Notes under the pieces: model-generated | What the model was told of the DNA's origin: nothing | The model's database searches: none | What the model saw: the letters and a program-made list of their open reading frames with translations, nothing else | Program-made: the position numbers and the translations under genes | Part shown: positions 59,763 to 64,000 of the stretch, piece by piece | How positions within the stretch are numbered: position 1 is the stretch's first letter | How the letters are laid out: the number at the start of each line of letters is the position of its first letter | Source: Bacillota bacterium | GTDB lineage: Bacteria; Bacillota; Sulfobacillia; JAIMAT01 | Direction of reading: 5' to 3' | NCBI GenBank assembly: GCA_029961055.1 | Contig: JASBVM010000005.1 | Span: 65,487 to 129,486 of the forward strand | Length of the DNA: 64,000 nt

Positions 59763-60950
59763 TTGAACCTGATCCGCAAATCCAGCCTCCTCGCCGGACT
59801 CCTGGGCGGTGCGCTCCTGGCGCTGGCCGCCTGTGGCGGGACGACGCCCGCAGGCGGCGGCTCCGCCCAGGGCGGCATTCCTTCCGGGCCGATCAAGATC
59901 GGCATCCAGGCGCCCCTCTCGCGCGACTACGCCCTGGAGGGTCAGGGTTTCCAGCGGGCGATCCAGCTTCTGGCGGGACAGATCAACGACAAGGGTGGCA
60001 TCGACGGCCACAAGATCCAGATCGTGCCGGAGGATGACCAGGGGACGGCCCAGCAGGCGGCCACCGCCGCCCAGAGACTGGTCGCCGAGGGCGTGGTGGC
60101 CGTCGTGGGCGGCTACAACTCCACCGCCACCGAGGCGGCGCAGCCCATCTACAACCAGAACAAGGTGATCCAGGTCACGCCGGCTTCGACGGCGGTGCAG
60201 CTGAGCCAGAAGGGCTACAAGTACTTCTTCCGCACGGCCACCCTGGACAGTGCCCAGGGCAAGTTCGCGGCCGACCTGATGGTGAAGACGCTCGGGTTCC
60301 GGCGGATCGCGCTCCTCCACGACAACTCCACCTACGCCCTGGGGCTCGCCCAGGCCACCCAGAAGGCGGTCCAGGAGGACGGCGGCCAGGTGGTCTTCTT
60401 CGACGCCATCGTCCCCGGTTCCAACGACTACGGCGCGATCCTGACGCGGCTGAAGGCGGCGGCGCCCCAGGCGGTCTACTTCACCGGCTACTTCTCCGAT
60501 GCGGGGCTCCTGCTGAAGCAGAGCCAGGCCATCGGCTTCAAGACGCAGTGGATCGGCGGCGACGCCAACAACAACCCGCAGCTGGTCCGCGTGGCCGGCC
60601 CGGATGCCGAGGGATTCATGGTGACGACGCCGCCCCAGCCCCAGGACCTGAAGACGCCGGAAGCGGAGCAGTTCGTTCAGGAGTACCGGCAGAAGTACGG
60701 CGAGATGCCGCCCAGCGTATGGACGATCTCGGCGGCCGACGCCTTCCGGGTCATCGTCGACGCCATCGAGAAGACCCATTCCACCAACCCGGACAAGCTG
60801 GCGGACGATCTCCACCAGCTGAAGGACTTCCCGGGCTTCACGGGACCGATCAGCTTCGCCGCCAACGGCGACCGCGAGGGGACGCTCCACAAGGCGTATA
60901 TCGTGCGGAACGGGCAGTTCGTCCTCTATGAGAAGCAGCCGAACGAGTGA
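59763..60950 (+). CDS. livK: Branched-chain amino acid ABC substrate-binding lipoprotein
   Basis: TTG 59763 after GGAAGGGAG, lipobox LAAC, IKIGIQAPLS, INDKGGIDG, YFFRT, GFTGPISF. Confidence 0.92.
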   Translation: MNLIRKSSLLAGLLGGALLALAACGGTTPAGGGSAQGGIPSGPIKIGIQAPLSRDYALEGQGFQRAIQLLAGQINDKGGIDGHKIQIVPEDDQGTAQQAATAAQRLVAEGVVAVVGGYNSTATEAAQPIYNQNKVIQVTPASTAVQLSQKGYKYFFRTATLDSAQGKFAADLMVKTLGFRRIALLHDNSTYALGLAQATQKAVQEDGGQVVFFDAIVPGSNDYGAILTRLKAAAPQAVYFTGYFSDAGLLLKQSQAIGFKTQWIGGDANNNPQLVRVAGPDAEGFMVTTPPQPQDLKTPEAEQFVQEYRQKYGEMPPSVWTISAADAFRVIVDAIEKTHSTNPDKLADDLHQLKDFPGFTGPISFAANGDREGTLHKAYIVRNGQFVLYEKQPNE

Positions 60951-60971
60951 GAGGACCGGGGCAGGCGCGCG

Positions 60972-61880
60972 ATGAGCCGGTTGTTGGAGCTGCTGCTGAA
61001 CGGGGTGACGCTCGGGTCGGTCTACGCGCTGGTGGCGCTGGGGTACACCATGGTCTACGGCGTCCTCCGGCTGATCAACTTCGCCCACGGTGACCTCTTC
61101 GCCCTGGGAGCCTACCTGGCTTTCTCCCTCCTGACCGCGCGGGCGCTGGGCGGCCGGGTGGAGGGGGCGGCGGGGCTCCTGGTGGTTCTGGTGCTCGTGA
61201 TGCTCTTCGTCGCCGTGGCCGGGGCGCTGATCGAGCGGGTGGCCTACAGGCCGCTGCGGCGATCGTCGCGGCTGGCGCCGGTGGTCTCCGCGCTGGGCGT
61301 CTCGGTCTTCCTCGAGAACGCGATCATGCTGGTGTACGGGCCCGACTACCAGGTCTTCCCGCACAGCCTGCTGCCCCAGGTGGGCTGGTCGCTGGGGGCA
61401 GGGATCCACGTCAGCCTGGTCCAGCTCCTGATCGTCCTGGTCTCCGTGGCCCTGATGGTGGCGCTCGTCCTGCTCGTCCAGAAGACGACGGTGGGCGCCG
61501 CCATCCGGGCTGTGGCGCTGGATCACGACACCGCCCGGCTGATGGGCATCGACGTCGACCGGATCATCCTGCTCGTCTTCCTGATCGGGCCCGCCCTGGG
61601 CGGGGCGGCGGGGCTGATGGTCGGCACCTACTACGGTCAGATCAGCTTCCAGATGGGATGGGGGTACGGCCTGAAGGCCTTCACGGCGGCCATCATCGGC
61701 GGGATCGGCAACATCCCGGGCGCCATGGTGGGCGGGCTGCTCCTGGGAATCCTGGAGGCGCTGGGAGCGGGGTACATCTCCTCCGCCTGGCAGGGCGCGA
61801 TCACCTTCCTGGTGCTGATCCTGATTCTGATCTTCCGGCCGACGGGCCTCCTGGGCGAACGGGTGGTGAGCAAGCTGTGA
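60972..61880 (+). CDS. livH: Branched-chain amino acid ABC permease
   Basis: NGVTLGSVYALVALGYTMVYGVLRLINFAHGD, KAFTAAIIGGIGNIPGA. Confidence 0.95.
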   Translation: MSRLLELLLNGVTLGSVYALVALGYTMVYGVLRLINFAHGDLFALGAYLAFSLLTARALGGRVEGAAGLLVVLVLVMLFVAVAGALIERVAYRPLRRSSRLAPVVSALGVSVFLENAIMLVYGPDYQVFPHSLLPQVGWSLGAGIHVSLVQLLIVLVSVALMVALVLLVQKTTVGAAIRAVALDHDTARLMGIDVDRIILLVFLIGPALGGAAGLMVGTYYGQISFQMGWGYGLKAFTAAIIGGIGNIPGAMVGGLLLGILEALGAGYISSAWQGAITFLVLILILIFRPTGLLGERVVSKL

Positions 61881-63703
61881 GCCGGGAACGGCTGGCCACC
61901 GCCTGGGAGAGGGCGGAGGCGCGGCTCTGGCTGCCGGCGCTCCTGCTGGCCCTGGCCCTGCCCTTCCTGGTCAACGCCTACTGGATCGACGTCCTCAACG
62001 TCTTCCTTCTCTACCTGATGGCGGCCATCGGCCTGGACCTGATGGTGGGGCAGGCGGGCGTCTACAACTTCGGCCAGGCCGCTTTCTACGGCGTGGGCGC
62101 CTACACGGCCGCCATCCTGGCGACGCGGCTGGGCGTCCCGCTCCTCTGGACGGTGCCGGTGGCGGTCGCGGCGGCGGCGGGCCTGGCGGCGCTGGCCGCC
62201 TGGCCCGCCATCCACCTGCGCGGCGACTACCTCCTGATCGTGACGGTCGGGCTGGGGGAGATCTTCCGCATCGCGGTGGTCAACAACCCCTTCGGGCTGA
62301 CCGGGGGGGCCAACGGGATCCCGGGCATCCCGTATCCGGTGGTGCTGGGCCAGGTCCTGGGGACGCCGGAGCGCTACTACTGGCTGGTCCTGGTCGCCAC
62401 CATCCTGACCATGCTCTTCTGGCGGCGGATCGTCGACTCCCCGGTAGGCCGGATGTGGCGCCTGGTCCGGGAGGACGAGGAGGCGGCCATGGCCATGGGG
62501 GTCAACCCCGGCAGGGCCAAGCTCCTGGCGGTGGCGGCCGGGGCGGGCGTGGCCGGGCTGGCGGGGGCGCTCTTCGCCGGCAAGATGGCCATCGTGGCGC
62601 CGGACAGCTTCACCTTCTGGGAGTCGACGGTGATGTTCGCCATTGTCATCCTCGGTGGTCCCGGCTCGCTCCCGGGCCTGGTCGTCGGCGCCGCCGCCAT
62701 GCAGATCCTGCCCGAGTTCTTCCGGGACTTCGCCCAGTACCGGATGGTGGTCTTCGGAGCCGCCATGGTGGCCATGATGATCTTCCGGCCGCAGGGCATC
62801 TGGCCTGCGCGGCCCTGGCGCTTCCTCGGCGGTGAGGTGGCGGGCGAGAGGGCGGGGGAAGCGCGGGCGGCCCGCACGGACGACGGGAGGGCCGTGCGGG
62901 CAGAGGGCGCCGGCGAGGAGCTTCTGGCGGTGGAGTCGGTGGGCAAGTCCTTCGGCGGTGTGGTGGCCGTCGAACGCGTCAGCTTCCGCCTGCGGCGCGG
63001 GGAGATCCTGGGCCTGATCGGGCCGAACGGGGCGGGGAAGACCACGCTCTTCAACCTGATCACGGGCTTCAACCAGCCCGACCACGGGGAGATCCGCCTG
63101 AACGGCCGCCCCGTCGCCGGGCTCCCCGCCTACCGCCTGGCCTCCCTGGGGGTGTCGCGGACCTTCCAGGCGGTCCGCCTCTTCTCCCGGCTGACGGTGC
63201 TGGAGAACGTGCTGGCCGGGCTCTACCGCTTCGGCGGGAACGGCTTCTGGAAGGTGCTTCTGGCACCGCGCCGGACCCGGGCGGAGGAGGCTGAAAGGGT
63301 GGCACGGGCCCGCCGGATCCTGGCGCAGATGGGGCTGGAGCGTTGGGAGAACGAGGTGGCGCGGAACCTGCCTTACGGTGCCCAGCGCCGGCTGGAGGTG
63401 GCGCGGGCGCTGGCGGCCGAACCGGTTCTGCTGGTGCTGGACGAACCGGCCGCGGGCCTCAACGAGCAGGAGAGCGCCGAGCTGATGGAGCAGCTGCGCG
63501 GAATCCGTGACGCCGGTATCACCCTGATCCTCATCGAGCACGACATGTCCGTGGTGATGAGCCTCTCCGACCGCGTGATCTGCCTCGACCAGGGGCGTCT
63601 GATCGCCGAGGGGACGCCGGCCGAGGTTCAGACGGATGCCAGGGTGATCGAGGCGTACCTGGGCGTGCCGGGGTCCGAGCTGGCCGGGGGTGAGAGCGCA
63701 TGA
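61877..63703 (+). CDS. livM: Fused LivM permease / LivG ATPase
   Basis: GTG 61877; FGQAAFYGVGAY, LRGDYL, LTGGANG, RPQGI, then KSFGG, GPNGAGKTT, SRTFQ, LDEPAAG, IEHDM, AYLG. Confidence 0.93.
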   Translation: MSRERLATAWERAEARLWLPALLLALALPFLVNAYWIDVLNVFLLYLMAAIGLDLMVGQAGVYNFGQAAFYGVGAYTAAILATRLGVPLLWTVPVAVAAAAGLAALAAWPAIHLRGDYLLIVTVGLGEIFRIAVVNNPFGLTGGANGIPGIPYPVVLGQVLGTPERYYWLVLVATILTMLFWRRIVDSPVGRMWRLVREDEEAAMAMGVNPGRAKLLAVAAGAGVAGLAGALFAGKMAIVAPDSFTFWESTVMFAIVILGGPGSLPGLVVGAAAMQILPEFFRDFAQYRMVVFGAAMVAMMIFRPQGIWPARPWRFLGGEVAGERAGEARAARTDDGRAVRAEGAGEELLAVESVGKSFGGVVAVERVSFRLRRGEILGLIGPNGAGKTTLFNLITGFNQPDHGEIRLNGRPVAGLPAYRLASLGVSRTFQAVRLFSRLTVLENVLAGLYRFGGNGFWKVLLAPRRTRAEEAERVARARRILAQMGLERWENEVARNLPYGAQRRLEVARALAAEPVLLVLDEPAAGLNEQESAELMEQLRGIRDAGITLILIEHDMSVVMSLSDRVICLDQGRLIAEGTPAEVQTDARVIEAYLGVPGSELAGGESA

Positions 63704-64000
63704 GCCTCCTCGCGGTGAAGGAGCTGGAGGTCCGGTACGGCCACGTGGCGGCGCTCCGGGGTGTCGACCTGGAGCTGGGCGAGGGCGAGATCGTCGCCGT
63801 TCTGGGGGCGAACGGGGCCGGGAAGACCACCCTGCTGCGCACCATCTCCGGCCTGGTCAGGCCCGTCGCGGGCGAGGTCCGGCTGGGGGAGCGGACGCTG
63901 GTCGCCCGGCACGGCGGGCTTCCGGCGCACCGCATCGTCACCTTGGGCGTCGCCCACGTGCCCGAGGGTCGGCAGGTCTTCGCCACGCTGACCGTGGACG
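63700..64000 (+). CDS. livF: Branched-chain amino acid ABC ATPase, truncated by the window end
   Basis: ATG 63700 MSLLAVKELEVRYG..ALRGV, LGANGAGKTTLL, AHVPEGRQVF. Confidence 0.93.
   Translation, partial: MSLLAVKELEVRYGHVAALRGVDLELGEGEIVAVLGANGAGKTTLLRTISGLVRPVAGEVRLGERTLVARHGGLPAHRIVTLGVAHVPEGRQVFATLTVD

Overview
Chromosomal core region of a very GC-rich (roughly 75% by eye), endospore-forming Bacillota bacterium; a Thermaerobacter/Limnochordia-like lineage is inferred, not proven. From 1 to 46.2 kb it follows the conserved Bacillus/Clostridium-type order, with several lineage-specific insertions and losses. Division and sporulation block: MFS (partial), ftsQ, ftsZ, spoIIGA, sigE, sigG, spoIIR, ylmC, pgeF, sepF, ylmG, divIVA. 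Then ileS, Prx, yteA, lspA, rluD, pyrR, aminotransferase, acuC, rqcH, suhB, yloB, dapF, dapL, iscS, thiI. Then remA, gmk, rpoZ, priA, def/fmt, rsmB, rlmN, stp, pknB, rsgA, rpe, an MgtE-like cytosolic protein, spoVM, rpmB, asp23, fakA, recG. From 46.3 to 64 kb is an accessory patchwork: a repeat lipoprotein, VIT1, MBL hydrolase, cydAB, hydrolase-udgB-APH-DUF503, an APC/USP/2xRCK_N transporter module, actinobacterial-type ChdC, an OCD-family gene and a liv-type ABC operon. No rRNA, tRNA, CRISPR array or mobile element was recognised. Most notable: (1) a Def-Fmt fusion; (2) a non-T-box attenuator-like leader before an IleRS with HIGT/AMHKS signature motifs; (3) the four-gene APC-USP-RCK_N module; (4) a head-to-head MFS/ftsQ overlap with a sigmaF/G-type promoter antisense to ftsQ; (5) a 21-aa SpoVM-like peptide; (6) a probable CTG start for rqcH; (7) an uncharacterised two-domain lipoprotein. 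All calls come from motif recognition by eye; no searches were run.
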